Part shown: piece after piece, positions 25,011 through 38,550 of the stretch | Layout: each line of letters opens with the position of its first letter | Numbering within the stretch: the first letter of the stretch is position 1 | From: Callorhinchus milii | Taxonomy: Eukaryota | Direction of reading: 5' to 3' | Length of the DNA: 64,000 nt | Assembly (NCBI RefSeq): GCF_018977255.1 | Contig: NW_024704742.1 | Location: 95,296,001-95,360,000, forward strand | The notes under the pieces: generated by a model | The model's input: only the letters and a program-made list of their open reading frames with translations | What the model was told of the DNA's origin: nothing | Databases searched by the model: none | Program-made: the position numbers and the translations under genes

Positions 25011-26392
25011 GTGAGCAATAGCAAAAACTGGGGTTTAATCAGCTAGGAGAATTTCAGTTCCAAGAACAAATCTACTGCAAAGTCCCATTTGATGAGCCAC
25101 GAGGCAAGTTTGTCAATCATTATCAGTGTCCTGTAGTAGGATCTATGGATCAACTTTTCAAAGGGAGACTGACTGAATTATTTGTTTAGTCACAGTCCTA
25201 GCTAATGGAGAAGGTGAAGATAAGTAAAAAAAATAAAGAATGGGGACTAGAATCCATATTTTTGTAATGTTAATAGATGGGGGGGGGAATTGCACTGGTT
25301 GTTTCATGAAGATACTGAAGTTTGGGATGGGGATGGGATGATTTTTTTTAAATCTACTGTGAAGTAGAGGCTCAGGCCTTAATAAGTCTAGTAAATATCG
25401 CTCCTTCCTCTTTTTTTATTTAGCATGCGTGAGATGATGCCATTGGTGATCGACCCATTGGAGACCCCGGTTCTAAATTGTCACCCTGTGTCAGTGATGT
25501 AACTCAAGTGTGGTTTGCTTGTAATTCTAACTCCGCAGAAATCTCCTGGGTAGTGATTAGACACTAGTTACTACAGTTATAAATTGCAATTCCTGTTGAG
25601 TAACAGTACACAGCTATTGGAATTTGGACTTTCAAATGCCAGTTATTTCAATGGTTTTAAGTGTCAGTGAGTCAGGATAGTAATCAGGTGAGTTATCTAA
25701 TTAACCTATTTATCACATGGTGCTATTGGGTCTCGTAGCAAATTATAGGCGATGTCTTGATAGTTGTAAATAGCTACAATTGATCCTACTAGAATTTTTT
25801 TTCTCTCCTAACCTATTGGACGTAACCAGACTCATGTAAAATGTTTATGATTTCTCCATACCACAGGGAGAAATTTAACTAGAGTTCTGGAACTGATGAA
25901 GTTTCAGCTCATAGTCTACAAAGATACTCCAGTGTGGTGCTGGGGAAATACTGTATTTTCAGAGATCCTGTCTTTCAGATGAAATGTTACACCTTTTCCA
26001 GTTCAAGTGGATGTTAAAAATCCCATGGCACCATTCAAAAGTGAAGGGAGTATCTACCAGTCTCCTGGCCAACAATCGTCCAGACAGTTTACAGAAGAAG
26101 AATTCTTGCATTTCAACATTTCATATCTAAACAGCTGATTTGAACCACATATGATATTTTTTCTTAAACCCTACATTCCTTACACCTCTCCTTTGTAATG
26201 TAGTAACATTAAATAGTTCAGATTTATTAATCCTAAACTTCAGAGGGACATTATATCCCTCAAGCCAACTGTACTACTAGTATATTAAGGATATCAGCAA
26301 ACTGTCATTTTATTATTTTAATAACAGGTTTTTATATATACCATTGCAGTCTATTTTACTGGTTAATAACTGGTGCATTAGATCCAGCTTAC

Positions 26393-26436
26393 CTCACTAG
26401 TATGTCTCGTAAAATGCACAACCAGGGGAGACGGTC
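26393..26436 (-). CDS. IDNK: Gluconokinase exon 4
   Basis: ttcatag|DRLPWLCILRDILV(R)|gtaagc; 44 bp. Confidence 0.92.
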
Positions 26437-28954
26437 CTATGAACAACAGAAACAAATGCTTAAGAAGAAGATTTACAGAAATTATTTCCTCAGCTCACCT
26501 CCCCAAGTTAAAAATCCTATCCACATCAGTACAGAAGAGCCCCTGAAATGATGGATTCATTCCAATTTTCCATCACTCCCCATGGAAAAGTACTTCCCTT
26601 ACGACTTTCCTCAGGCAGCCAAATGAAGATTGAGCAATCTCTACAGATATACGTATCACAAAAGATTGCTCAATCTCAGCTGGCTTTCTGAGGAAAGTAG
26701 TGAGGTGTTAACTTGCATCCTACCAGCCTGTGGCATAGTTCATCATCACCAACTCTTCTCTTTAAAAAAAACTATAAAAAGATTTATACACCTGCTTATG
26801 TTTGCTCATGGGTTCTTGTCCAGCTGATTACATTACTAATTCCCACAGGTACATATTCTCACAATATGTCATTGCAGTGAAACATTTATAGCATCAGCAC
26901 AATCTTGTGCACTTTTTCTCAATTCTGGTTCTAGGAGGCAAGTTTTACATAAAAAATACTGTAACTAACTGACTGACTGACTGACTGACTAACAAGCCTT
27001 GCCTTTGGCTCATATTGCAGGTTTTGAACAAATCTACTTGTTCAAGAAGACAGTGAGTTAGCACTTGTCCCCATCAGTTCTGGGAAATGGGATAACATTC
27101 AACCCAAATGGATGTACTAAAAATATCCTCTCTGTTTGGTGGAATTCTACATGAAAACTCAGCGATTTGGTCGTTTCACAAATAGTGAAATTTGCAATCT
27201 CACAAATAATGGGCTTCCTGGCCACAAGGAGATAGATTACAGCCATTGAAAGAAACTAGACTGTCCAACCTGTCCAGTCAAGCAAACCTGTTTTGTTATT
27301 TCTTTAACTATTTTTTTCCCATTACAATTAGAAACTATTGTATAGGCCACCTGTATAAATACTGAAGACTATTCGGCTTCCCACTTTGCTAGAAAACAAA
27401 TATTTTATTGTACATTTTATTTCGTGTTTTGTTTCAGTTAAATTTAGGCTGAGTCTCAACTACTTTTTTTTTGGTCAGCTGAGTGTAGTTGTTCTGATGA
27501 AAGATCATCAACCTGAAACATTAACTCACTTACTTCTCTCCATAGATGCTGCCTGTCCTGCTGAGTGTTCCCAGCGACTTCTGTTTTTATAGCAGTTATT
27601 GTATGTTTACAGTATTTTGCATTTTAATTCCTCCTCCACATAATAAGGAACAATGTATATAATAATGAATTACAAAACCTTTGCTTTCATAGTATAAATA
27701 ATGTTAAACGACATTGTTAAAAAAATTCTAAAAAATAAGTTAAATCAAAATTCAGCTGTATTCCTATACAAATTTATAAGCAACTTCTAATGTATCAGCT
27801 TCAAATGCATTCTATCAAATGTTTAACACTGTCTTTTAAAAAAATGTCTCCTTATAGTCAGTATGAAAAATACTTCCAAGTGTTGATATGAATTGTCAAT
27901 GGATTCGGATACCAAGCGAATTTGGACATTCGCTCACAGCGACATTTGTGTCTGCCTGTCTGTACAATTAATACTGCAAAAGTTTATTGCAGTATTAATT
28001 GTGCAGAAAGGCATAATTACCAATCCGGAGAACAGAATAAGTAGTTACAGGAGTTTCTTCTTTCCCAGATCTGTTCCGACTTTTCGTTGTCCTCTTTACT
28101 TATTTATGCACCCAAATAAAAAAGTCCCTCATGTGGTCTAATAACATTAATAATAATCCTTGCAATTGGTATAATAAACCTTGCATTTGATATAGCGCCT
28201 TATCACATCGGAATGAGTCAAAGTGCTTCACAGGATTTATTGTGTATTGATAGTTTAGAAACTCATCTATTCATCCAATGAAACACTTGAAGTTGATATC
28301 AATCTTTTGTGGTCAACTGTCCACACCAACCATTATCCAATCACATTACATCTTTTGTGTCTCATTACCTTACAAGTATTGACTTACTACATTCCGGACC
28401 TATCCATAACCACAAGATTATCTGGTTATCACACACACAGAAACATTTTCCCTGTCTTCTGTATACAAAGACCATCTGGTTATACCTCTCCTTTTCTATG
28501 CAGTTGAAACAGAAAAATGTTAGATAACTAAAAGCATGTTAGATAATCACAAAACAGACATTATTCTTTCAAAGAAATGCTGTCACTCACATTTCACAGG
28601 TACAAATGTTCAGTCATTTTCATTGTGCTGCTTAGCAAAAGCTACATTCCCACAATACATTATTCTTATGCCAAGAACAACTCACCCATAGTGCTGCACA
28701 GGTTAATCATGTCTGCTTCACAGGTCTCTGCTGATGTCCCTTTCTGTCAGAAGTGACAACAGTGGCGACCTGCTGACCATTTGGCCATTTTTGAGCTCCA
28801 GGCAGTCCGCTGGAAGCCAAAGTGTACTACACTTGCCTTAACCACAGGTTCCCAGGGCATCCACATTAAAAACAGACCATGCTCTAACGAGATGCATAAT
28901 AGCAAGATTGGCCTGTCAATGGCAAAATAATAATAATAAAAACAGCTAATGTAC

Positions 28955-29041
28955 CTCATCATTTAATGGTATTCCTTTAATCATCTTTTCTTTATTTTCT
29001 TTAGGGTGATAGTCATCTGCATCGTAGAGTTCCCATCCCAA
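28955..29041 (-). CDS. IDNK: Gluconokinase exon 3
   Basis: taatag|[29 protein letters not shown]|gtacat; 87 bp. Confidence 0.95.
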
Positions 29042-29464
29042 CTATTAAAACAAAAAGTCACATTTTTTTTTACAACATTAAACAAATTGTTATATCATTA
29101 TAAACTAGCGTTATATTCATTGTTGCTTAACCTTGGAAGTTGGAGTAGTTCAACTACAGATTATGCAACCTTCTGTTTGTGTGCTTAGTGTTCTTGTTAC
29201 CTTTACCGAGCTGCACAGACCTGAGGGTTGCTATTTTTGAAGTCGATTCACAGTATCATGAAGAGTAACCTAGGGGACTTGTCCTACACTCTTCCCTATT
29301 TCCTTCACTCAAGGCTCTCACCAGAAAACAACTCAACACCAGGAATAAGGAATTGCAGGCGTGACTATTCATTACTGTTGAGCTTTGTCAGAATACCATC
29401 CTGTCTTCCCTCTTCAGCTTTTTCAGTGCTGCCTCTTAACATAACTTCTTTATTAGTGGGCGGA

Positions 29465-29765
29465 TAATAATAATCCTTGCATTTGGTATAACACCTTATC
29501 ATGCCGTCGATATGTCTCAAAGAGCTTCACAGGGAATACTGTAAAGTGGATTGACTGTATTCTGTGGACGTATGTGGCAGCCATTTATTTGCGCATAGCA
29601 ATGTCCCACAGACAGCTATGGAGTGAGTGAACAATTTTATTTGGGGGATTGTTAGGCCAGGACAGCGGGTGAAACGCCCTTCTCTTTTCGAATGGGGCTA
29701 CGTGTTTGGGACGTCTAGAAGATGTGAAAAGCGCTATATCAAATGCAAGGATTATTATTATTATT
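29465..29765. mobile_element. SINE fragments (about 29465-29680 -, 29700-29765 + tail)
   Basis: Tail and core motifs in both orientations. Confidence 0.7.
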
Positions 29766-29871
29766 ACCTCATCAGTGAGGGAAATTAAACTTGAGTTGTG
29801 ACTGCATTTCAGATGAAAGAAAATGAAGAATTTCATGTTACGAATGATTGTCAGAAGCTGTTGATGGTTAC

Positions 29872-29902
29872 CTTATCTGCAAGACATGAACCCACAGCAG
29901 TC
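29872..29902 (-). CDS. IDNK: Gluconokinase exon 2
   Basis: ctcctag|(K)TAVGSCLADK|gtaacc; 31 bp; completes the P-loop GVSGSGKT. Confidence 0.9.
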
Positions 29903-30063
29903 CTAGGAGGAAAATACAGTGAAATATAAATCTGCTGTCTAAACATTTCAAAGCACGTCTATCCAAACAACTCCCTCAGAAGAAGCCTCAAACTGAAACT
30001 ACTATAAAATGAATTTCATAATTCTCCTTCTGCAGCAAATAAGATTTGATAAAATAATAAAAG

Positions 30064-30415
30064 ATAATCCTTGCATTTGAGATAGCACCTTATCACGTCT
30101 CCTAGACGTCTAAAACCCTTCACAGAATATACTGTAAAGTTAATTGATTGTATATACTTTGTGGGCGAAACGCGGCAGTCAATTGTGCACAGCAGTGTCC
30201 ACAAACAGCCGTGGATTGAGTGACCAATTTATTATTATAATTATTTTATTGAAGGAATTATTACCCCCAAAAAGCAATCCGCCAATCGACTATCAACCGG
30301 GTTCCTATTTACTACTAGGGAAACAGAGGTGTGTGCAATAAGGAAACTTGCCCAATATTCGAACCCAGGCCTCTCGCTTGTGAGCCAAGTGTTCTAACTA
30401 CTGAGCTACAGGATT
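30064..30415 (-). mobile_element. Near full-length tRNA-derived SINE
   Basis: Tail, core and head (TTCGAACCCAGG...ACTGAGCTACAGGA on the + strand). Confidence 0.85.
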
Positions 30416-31634
30416 ACAATGCACAAATTAGTAACAGTCATGATTTTAGTTGCAGCACAATGTACTTAAGAATCCATAGTCTGCTTCATATGGGGCCTAT
30501 TATTTCACTGGCAATTTGGGATTTGCTGAATATATTGTAGTACAACGCTCTTGGAGTTAGAAAATTAATTGTGCAGTTTCCTTTGCTTCATGAAAAGTTT
30601 TTAATGCAGTGAGCAATTCTCAAAACTCTTTAAGAGAAAGTCATAATAAGTCTTAGTAACATGGTCCTAAATACACATAGATTGAATACATCTGTAACCA
30701 GATCTTAGGTTTCAGTGTGACAGTGGTTCTAAGCCACAACTTGTTTAAATATTTCCCTAAAGCTTGCGTTAAGATAGTCGTCTTTCTACAGCAGACAAAT
30801 GTCTTAATATAATGTTACCAGCAGTTAAAGCACAACTAGCTCAAAAATTACATTTTCTTGTTTGGATTTAGACATGTGTGATCTCTGATTTCCAACAAAT
30901 TTTGCATTTTACGACATCCTGGATGTTATTCTGCACCATTTATATTGTGAATCTACTAAATTGTGAACAAATTACTAGAACAAACACAATCGTTTGCGCT
31001 TTGCAGAGTGCAGTGAGCGACAGAATCAGCGAGGACATGGGTGTTTCACTATTAGGTGTGCGACAGCTGACAGATGGCACAGCACATATTGGACACATGT
31101 TACTGTGGTCTCCGGCGGAAATGTCAGCTGTTGAGCTCCATAACACAGCTGTTTGGATTTTTTTTTGTTCAACTACTAGTGTTTTAGGGGAAGTAGTGAC
31201 ACATGGGCTGTAATCTCTCATCCTGAGTAAATGACATGGGTGCACAGAATTAAGATTAGTTAGATCCAGGGGAGGCACTGGTACCAGCATAACAACAACA
31301 ATAATCCTTGCATTTGATATCACGTCTTCAAGGTGCCTCAAAGCACATCAAAGGATATAGTGTAAAGTGTAGTGACTGTGTACTTAGTGGGTGAAACTGT
31401 ACGGGATACTGCAAAACGGCTTCATTTTGCAATGCAATTTGTGGATTTTAGACAATGATATATGTGCTTAAAATCAACTTTTTTTTTTGCAAATCTAGCG
31501 CTAGCAATCTACCAGACAACATGGGAGCTCTGTATTAAAAATATTCGAATACTGATAAAAGGTGCAGAACAGAAATGCCGGAGGACCACGGAAAATACTG
31601 TAAAAGAAAAACAAGACGGGTAGAATAAAACATA

Positions 31635-31835
31635 ACAATAATTTGGTCACTCAATCCACGGCTGTTAGTGGGGCACTGCTGTGCGGAATCGGCTGCCGCG
31701 TTTCGCCCACAAGACACACACACACACACACACACACGAGCCATTCAGGTTACAGCCTTATCCTGTGAAGCGCTTCGAGACGTCCCGAAGACCCGATAAC
31801 GGCGCCGTATCAAAACGCGAGGATTATGATTATGA
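31635..31835 (+). mobile_element. SINE 3' half with an internal (CA)n
   Basis: TTGGTCACTCAATCCACGGCTG core and a degenerate tail. Confidence 0.65.
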
Positions 31836-31869
31836 TTTGCTTCTGTCCCTGAGCTCCACAGGTCATCCC

Positions 31870-31899
<30 letters not shown>

Positions 31900-31902
<3 letters not shown>

Positions 31903-32240
31903 GCCTCTGAACATCCGCAGAAGCGGCCGCTGCGCCTCTCACGCACAGCGCGGGCGCGGCTCGCGGGCGCGCGCGCGCGCTCTCTGTGTGTGACTCACTT
32001 GCCGCTGCCGCTGACCCCCATTATCACCACCAGCATCTCCTCCCCCTCCCCCTCCCCCTCACACACAGCAGCAGTAGCGGCGGCTGCGGGGAACCGTCAC
32101 CGACCCGCTCTGCCCGCGCCCGCGAGGACACCAGCGCGAGAGCCTTTTGTAGCCCAAAAAGTAGCCCGATATGACGCGTGGCCGCCTACGGGCCGCCGCA
32201 GCGGCCAATCCGGTTGAGCGCTTTTGAAACGGAGTGTGAA
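31900..32240 (-). promoter_or_regulatory. CpG-island promoter and first-exon region of IDNK
   Basis: High GC and CpG density; CCAAT at 32205-32209; TGACG half-sites near 32095 and 32172; (GC)7 at 31967-31980. Confidence 0.75.
31999..32036 (-). CDS. IDNK: Gluconokinase exon 1 (start, Walker A)
   Basis: gagATG MLVVIMGVSGSG(K)|gtgagt; five exons total 564 nt = 187 aa plus stop. Confidence 0.93.
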
Positions 32241-32441
32241 AAAAACTCTTCAGAGAGAGAGAGAGAGAGAGGAGGGGGGGGGGAGGAGAAGGGGGGAGTA
32301 AAAGGTTTTTTCAGGTTTCATTTGAAATGTTAAAAGTTACTGTGTTTTTCTTTCACGCACAACCACGAAACACACCCAGTCCGGCCACGTTGCTGGATTT
32401 TTCAACCACAGACTTTTCAACTATTTGCTCCTCAAAACAAT

Positions 32442-33403
32442 CGACCCGACCCGAACCGACCCGAACCGACCCGAACCGACCCGACCCGACCCGACCCGAC
32501 CCGAACCGACCCGAACCGACCCGACCCGACCCGAACCGACCCGAACCGACCCGACCCGAACCAACCCAACCCAACCCGAACCGACCCGAACCGACCCGAA
32601 CTGAACCGACCCGACCCGACCCGAACCGACCCGACCCGAACCGACCCGAACCGACCCGACCCGAACCCGAACCAACCCAACCCGAACCGACCCGAACCGA
32701 CCCGAACCGAACCCGACCCGAACCGAACCGACCCGACCCGAACCCGACCCGAACCGACCCGACCCGAACCCGAACCGACCCGAACCCGAACCGACCCGAA
32801 CCGAACCCGAACCCGACCCGAACCCGAACCGACCCGAACCAACCCAACCCAACCCGAACCGACCCGAACCGACCCGAACTGAACCGACCCGAACCGACCC
32901 GAACCGACCCGAACCGACCCGACCCGAACCGACCCGAACCGAACCGACCCGACCCGACCCGAACCGAACCGACCCGAACCGACCCGAACCGAACCGACCC
33001 GAACCGACCCGAACCGACCCGAACCGACCCGACCCGACCCGAACCGACCCGACCCGAACCGACCCGAACTAACCCAACTCGAACTGACCCGAACCGACCC
33101 GAACCGACCCGAAACGACCCGACCCGACCTGACCTGACCCGACCCGACCCGACCCGACCCGAAACGACCCGAAACGACCCGAAACGACCCGACCCGAACC
33201 GACCTGACCCGAACTGACCCGACTCGAACTGACCCGAACTGACCTGAACCGACCTGACCCGAACCGACCCGAACTGACCCGAGCCGAACCGACCCGAACT
33301 GAACCGACCTGAACCGAACCGAACCGTCCTGACCCTACCCTACCCGACCCTACCCGACCCGATCCGACCCGAACCGACCCAAACCGACCCGAACCGACCC
33401 GAC
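32442..33403. repeat. About 960-bp CpG-rich pentanucleotide satellite (CCCGA/ACCGA)n
   Basis: Directly visible tandem array. Confidence 0.97.
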
Positions 33404-33409
33404 GTTAAC

Positions 33410-34395
33410 ATGATGCAAGATGACATTTGCAAAGCGCCTTTCGCGTCAGGAGGACGTCCCAAGGCGTTGGGCAGTCAGGGATTTGGACTTGAGCTGGGGG
33501 TGGATTCGGGGAGGGTGGGTGGGAGGGTGGAGGGTAGGAGTCCTGTAGCTCAGTGGTTAGAGCACTCGCTTTACAAGTGAGAGACCTGAGTTCAATTCCA
33601 GGCACAGGGCGAAACCTTGGGCAAGTTTCCTTACTCCACACAGAGCCTAATAATAATCCCTCCAAAACAAAAAACAATAATTAAATTGGTCATTTTCAAT
33701 CTACGACTGTTTGTGGGACATTGCTGTGCGCAATTGGCTGCCGCGTTCGCCCACAAATATACAGTAATTCACTTTACAGTGTGTTCTGTGAAGCGCTTTG
33801 GGACGTCCTCCCGACGTGAAAAGAGCTATATCAAATGCGCGTTCGGAGAGGAGTGTCTTGAGATACGCCTTGAAGGAGGCGAGGGAGGGAGCAAGCCGAA
33901 GGGACTGTGGGATGGTGTTCCATAGGGTGGGGTCAGAGAGGCTGAATGCCCGACCACCGATGGTGGGGTGGGCCGGGCGGGGGAGGTGGAGTTGGTCAGA
34001 GCCTGTTGAGCGGAGGGAGAGCACAGGTTGATATGGGATTCGCAGGTCACAGAGGTAGGAAGGAGCCAGGCCGTGGAGGGCCTTGAAGGCGAGGGCGAGG
34101 ATTATGAACTCGATCCTCTGAGGGATGGGGAGCCAGTGGAGCCGGGCGAGGGTGGGGATGATGGGGTTATGGAGTCTGGTGCAGGGGAGAACACAAGCTG
34201 TAGAGTTCTGGATGATCTGCAGTTTGTGGAGGGAAGAGTTGGGGAAGCCGACAAGCGGGGGATTGGCGTAGTCAAGCCTAGATGTGATGAACATGTGAAT
34301 AAAAGTTTTGGCAGCCTGAGGGGTGAGGCAGTGGCAGAGCCGGGCGATGTTGCGGAGGTGGGGCCAAGGCAGAGAGGGTCATGGCACGGATGTTA
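33410..34395 (-). mobile_element. 5'-truncated LINE2 interrupted by a SINE
   Basis: FITSRLDYAN..LQIIQNSTACVL..LARLHWLPIPQRIEF at 33840-34294; 3' tail at 33410-33536. Confidence 0.88.
33537..33838 (+). mobile_element. tRNA-derived SINE nested in LINE2
   Basis: A box TAGCTCAGTGG, B box GTTCAATTCC, core, and an L2-like tail lacking the terminal repeat. Confidence 0.88.
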
Positions 34396-35399
34396 AGCAC
34401 TGTTTAAAACCTATAGCATAGTCCTCCACACAGGAAAAAAATATAAAATATGTGCTTACTCACTCATACTGTCCTAATCCAACAACTGTACAGGGCATTC
34501 ACAAAGTCATGTTACCCCTTATTTTTTTTTCTTATAATGAAACTTTATTTTCTGTTGCAAATGAGTCGAGTATATTAATGTCTGATACCAGTAGGCAGCT
34601 GCACCATCGAGGAGCGTGTTGTGGTCAGTACTTGGGTCCATGAATGACCAAGGACCAGAAAGACAATGGAAAATGTCCATAGTGATTTTAAGGAACGGTT
34701 CCAAAAAGTGCACCCCCAAATATTACTCTGTTAATTACGTACTTCTAAATATGATTATCATCATTCTTCCACATGTTTCAGTTGTTGATCAATGCACTGT
34801 AGAAAAAAGCATGGGGTTGCAGGACTTTGCGGACACCCTGTAGTTAGACATAGATATAATTAATCGCACAATTGAATTAAATTCATACCACTTAGCTCCA
34901 CAAGAGTAGCTCCACTCAAAACGTCACCCTTCACGCCAAACAAAAATTGCTTATTTCTCATGTACCTTTCACCTGAAAATCTTCGACAATGACTGTGCTA
35001 CACTTTCCATCTGAATTACTTATACACAGATTCAGCTGTGGGCACACAAACTCACAATTAGCATTTCAACGCAGAGAATTCTCAGCCAGATAGCATTACC
35101 CTTTAACTTTGGGAAGACTGCAACGGTTCCCATCTCTAACCTGGATTCCTAGTACCACATATCCTCTTTACTTCTAGAGTGCCATTTTAGGGCTACATCA
35201 CATCATGGTGCTGATTGGATGCACTGTATCTTTTTAAAACTGACAACCATGGTTAGACGATTCAAGCTCAATCAAGTGCATTCTTATTAAAACAAGCCCT
35301 AAAATACAAACTGCGATTCCCCCAAAATGATCAAGCGATTGAAAAAAAGAAGCACAAATCCACGGGAAATACACCAACTTGGCAACCTTGGGGGAAGGT

Positions 35400-35590
35400 G
35401 TCAGCCTTCCGTAGTTGGTAGCACTCTCAGCTCTGAGTCCAAAGGTTGTGGGGTCAAACCCCATGATGAGACTTATATTCACAGTGGACACTCCAGTGCA
35501 GTGCTAGGGGTGTGCTGTATTGTTGGAGGTGATGTTAAATCGAGGTACCGTCCGCCTGTCCAGGTGGACGCTAAAGATCATTGAGTGTCT
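35400..35590 (+). mobile_element. Old Deu-type SINE 5' part
   Basis: GTTGGTAGCACTCTCAGCTCTGAGTCC.AAGGTTGTGGGG head. Confidence 0.6.
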
Positions 35591-35849
35591 TGAGCAGCAG
35601 CTTCTTTAAGTGCTGAGTATTGAGAGATTCAAGTATAATCTTAAAACATTCAGTGAATGTGGGTGAGATATTCAACATGTCTGAATTAAGTCGGGTGTAG
35701 AAGAAAGGTTTTAATAGTAATATTGTCCAATAAACTGCATTCACACAGTGTAAACAAAGCACAAAGAGACATATGACGTGCTGGGTTTCACCACGTGTCC
35801 AGTGCTTATGATGTGTTGCATTGTTGGAAGGGCTGTCCTTTGGATGAAT

Positions 35850-36600
35850 AGATAGAGCCCTTCACGTCGGAAAGATGTCCCAGGGAACTGGACAATCAGG
35901 GGTTTTGGACCTGAGTTGAGAGTTGGGATCGGAAGGAGAGGAGAGCAGGGGGTGGGAGGGTGGCCGAAGGCACGATCGAAGAGGAAGGTCTTCAGACGGG
36001 ACTTGAAGGAGGCAAGAGAAAGTGTGAGGTGAAGGGATTGTGGGATAGAGTTCCAGACTGTGGGGGCAGCGATGCTGAATGCCGGATCACCAATGGTGGG
36101 GCGGGAAGGGCGGGGAACCTGAAGCAGGTCGGTGTCCGCTGAGCAGAGGGAACGTACAGGCTGATATGGGGTAATGAGGTCGGAAAGGTAGGGGGGAGCA
36201 AGACCATGGAGGGCATTGAAGGTAAGAATGAGGGTTTTGTATTCGATTATCTGAGGACTGGGGAGCCAGAGAAAGCCGAGCAAGAACGGGGTTGATAGGT
36301 TTCCAAAGCCTGGTGCGGGAGAGGACACGAGCTGCAGAGTTCTGAATAATCCACAGCTTGTGGAGTGAAAAGTTGGGAAGTCCAGTGAGCAACAACAACA
36401 ACAACAACAAGATTCCATTTATAAAGCGCCTTTCACGTCAGGAGGACGTCCCAAGGCGCTGGAGCAGGCAGTTGACATAATCAAGCTGAGGTGGAATGAA
36501 AGTATGGATGAAGTCACTGCGGTGAGAGGCAGTAATGGAGGCGGGCAATGTTGCGGAGGTGTGGAAAGGGGAACATGTCATGGCACGAATGTGGGGTTTG
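35850..36600 (-). mobile_element. LINE2 fragments (about 35850-36388, plus a second tail at about 36390-36465)
   Basis: KTLILTFNALHGLAPPYLSDL..APTVWNSIPQSL; (CAA)n tail. Confidence 0.85.
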
Positions 36601-36619
36601 AAAAATAGCTAAAATCACC

Positions 36620-37075
36620 AAAATCTCCAACAAAAGGCTGTGGATCCTGGATCCATTCATTTTTTTAAAGAATACTTCAATAGATATTTGTTAGGTAAGG
36701 GTATCAAGGGATATGGGCCAAAAGCAAGTAATTGGAGTTGCGGTACAGATCAGCCATGATTTTATAGAATAGAGGAACAGGCTCGAGGGGTTGAATGGCC
36801 TGCTCCTGTTCCTATGTTTCAGGGTTTCTATTAAAGAATAAGTAAATAAAAAAATAATAACTTGGTCCCTCAATCCACGACTGTTTGTGGACACTGCTGT
36901 GCGCAATTGTCTGCCATGTTTCACTCACAAAATATACAGTCAATTCACTTTCTGTGAAGTGCTTTGACCTTATAAGGCGCTATATCAAATGCAAGGATTA
37001 TTATTATTATCCTGTGAAGCACTGTGAGATGTCCTCCCAACATGAAAGCTACTATACCAAATGTAAGGATTATTA
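36620..37075 (+). mobile_element. CR1 3' end (about 36620-36820) and a SINE 3' half with tandem tails (about 36860-37075)
   Basis: Family-diagnostic end motifs. Confidence 0.7.
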
Positions 37076-37459
37076 AGCAGGAAATGTCTATGAATAAAAA
37101 TTGCTGAGAATGCCATGGCTAATTTATAGAGGAATAAACTTATACCTTGGGAGAGAAACTGAATGAATGAATTTTCAATAAAAAGGAAAGCATTCTGGTA
37201 CTCCGTCATTAAATCACTAGATGGAGCTACAGGATGGCAAAGAGCCCAAATATCACAGGGACAATTTACAATGCAGTAACACAGAATGAATAAGTTGCTG
37301 CCAGAAGTCAATACAGATTAGAGAAGCTGTACAGATGCTAATTCATCCAGCACAGATGGTGACTAAGTTCATGCTATGTATCATGCTATACTGTACACAC
37401 CTATGAAAGTAGTGATAGCCTCCAGGGCAAGTGCAACCCTGTTGAATACTGAATGGAAA

Positions 37460-38264
37460 TTGTTTTTGGTCAGCTGGGTGTCTGACGCATAGGGAAACCC
37501 ATCACCATGCTTCAGAGTATCCAAACTGAGAATTCCATGCATCCCACCTACACATGGAAATCCCAGAGATAGATTGTTAGGCATGGAATGCACACTGTCT
37601 CCCTGGAGGGAATCATCCTGTTCCCCTAATTCCGGAAAGTAATTAGGTGCGGGTTAGCAAGAGACAAGGTTTTGAGACCCCAGGGTATGCGTTAGGGCAC
37701 TGCTGGAGTCCAATCAGCTAAAACCACATAGCTTGCTATTGATACTGCTGTCCAGCAAGCTTTCTCGCTGCTTGTGAGGCTTCGCGACCACATCACTCCC
37801 ACCCTCGCTCGCCTCCACTGGCTCCCCATCCCCCAGAGGATCAAATTCAAGATCCTCATCCTCACCTACAAGGCCATTCACGGCCTTGCACCCTCCTACC
37901 TCTCCGACCTACTATCTCCCTACTTACCTGCCCGTACCCTCCGTTACTCTGGCTCCGGTCTGCTTCACATCCCCCGCCCTAACCGCCCTACCATTGGTGG
38001 CCGGGCTTTCAGCCTCTCAGCCCCTAGGCTCTGGAACTCTATTCCCCAGTGCCTTCGCCTTGCCTCCTCCCTTTCCTCCTTCAAGGCCGGTCTCAAGACC
38101 TTTCTCTTCAACCGTACCTTCAGCTCCCCGCTCGACTCTCTACCCCCTCCTCGCTTCCTCCCCTCCCCTCACCCTGACCATTTCCCCCTTGTTCAGATCC
38201 CGACCCAACTGCCCAGCACCTTGGGATGTCCTCCCGACGTGAAAGGCGCTCTATAAATGCAATC

Positions 38265-38295
<31 letters not shown>

Positions 38296-38550
38296 GCAGC
38301 TAGAGCCACCTTACTGTTAGGGCATTGGCTTGCAGAGTTATCAGGAGCTGAGCGGGATGACTCCCTACCCTCAGTGACTGGTGTGTCCTTCCAGGTCCTG
38401 CCGATAAGCCAGGCTGGCTGTACTGTCATCAGCAGTGCCCTGGAATACTGTGGATCCGCCTGCCTCAGGAACCAGACTACCAAGACCGCCACAGAGGGTC
38501 GGCTCGATTCCAACATCCCGTTGCCAGGTATGTCACCTTGGAACCAGTTC
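37460..38550. mobile_element. Unclassified interspersed repeat, copy 3 (longest), split by LINE2
   Basis: The halves rejoin as GCTGCTTGTG|CAGCTAGAGCC, resembling the uninterrupted copy near 24910. Confidence 0.75.
37776..38295 (+). mobile_element. Young 5'-truncated LINE2
   Basis: Open frame RDHITPTLARLHWLPIPQRIKFKILILTYKAIHGLAPSYLSDLL...; long (TTG)n tail; very similar to 9220-9694. Confidence 0.92.

Noticed and set aside
32327..33217. 296-aa PTR/PNR/PEP-repeat ORF and its antisense GSVR ORFs
   Set aside because: By-products of the (CCCGA/ACCGA)n satellite
33537..33610. tRNA-like sequences (also near 11700, 30380, 40548, 50370 and 61002)
   Set aside because: Heads of tRNA-derived SINEs that run into the SINE body; not tRNA genes
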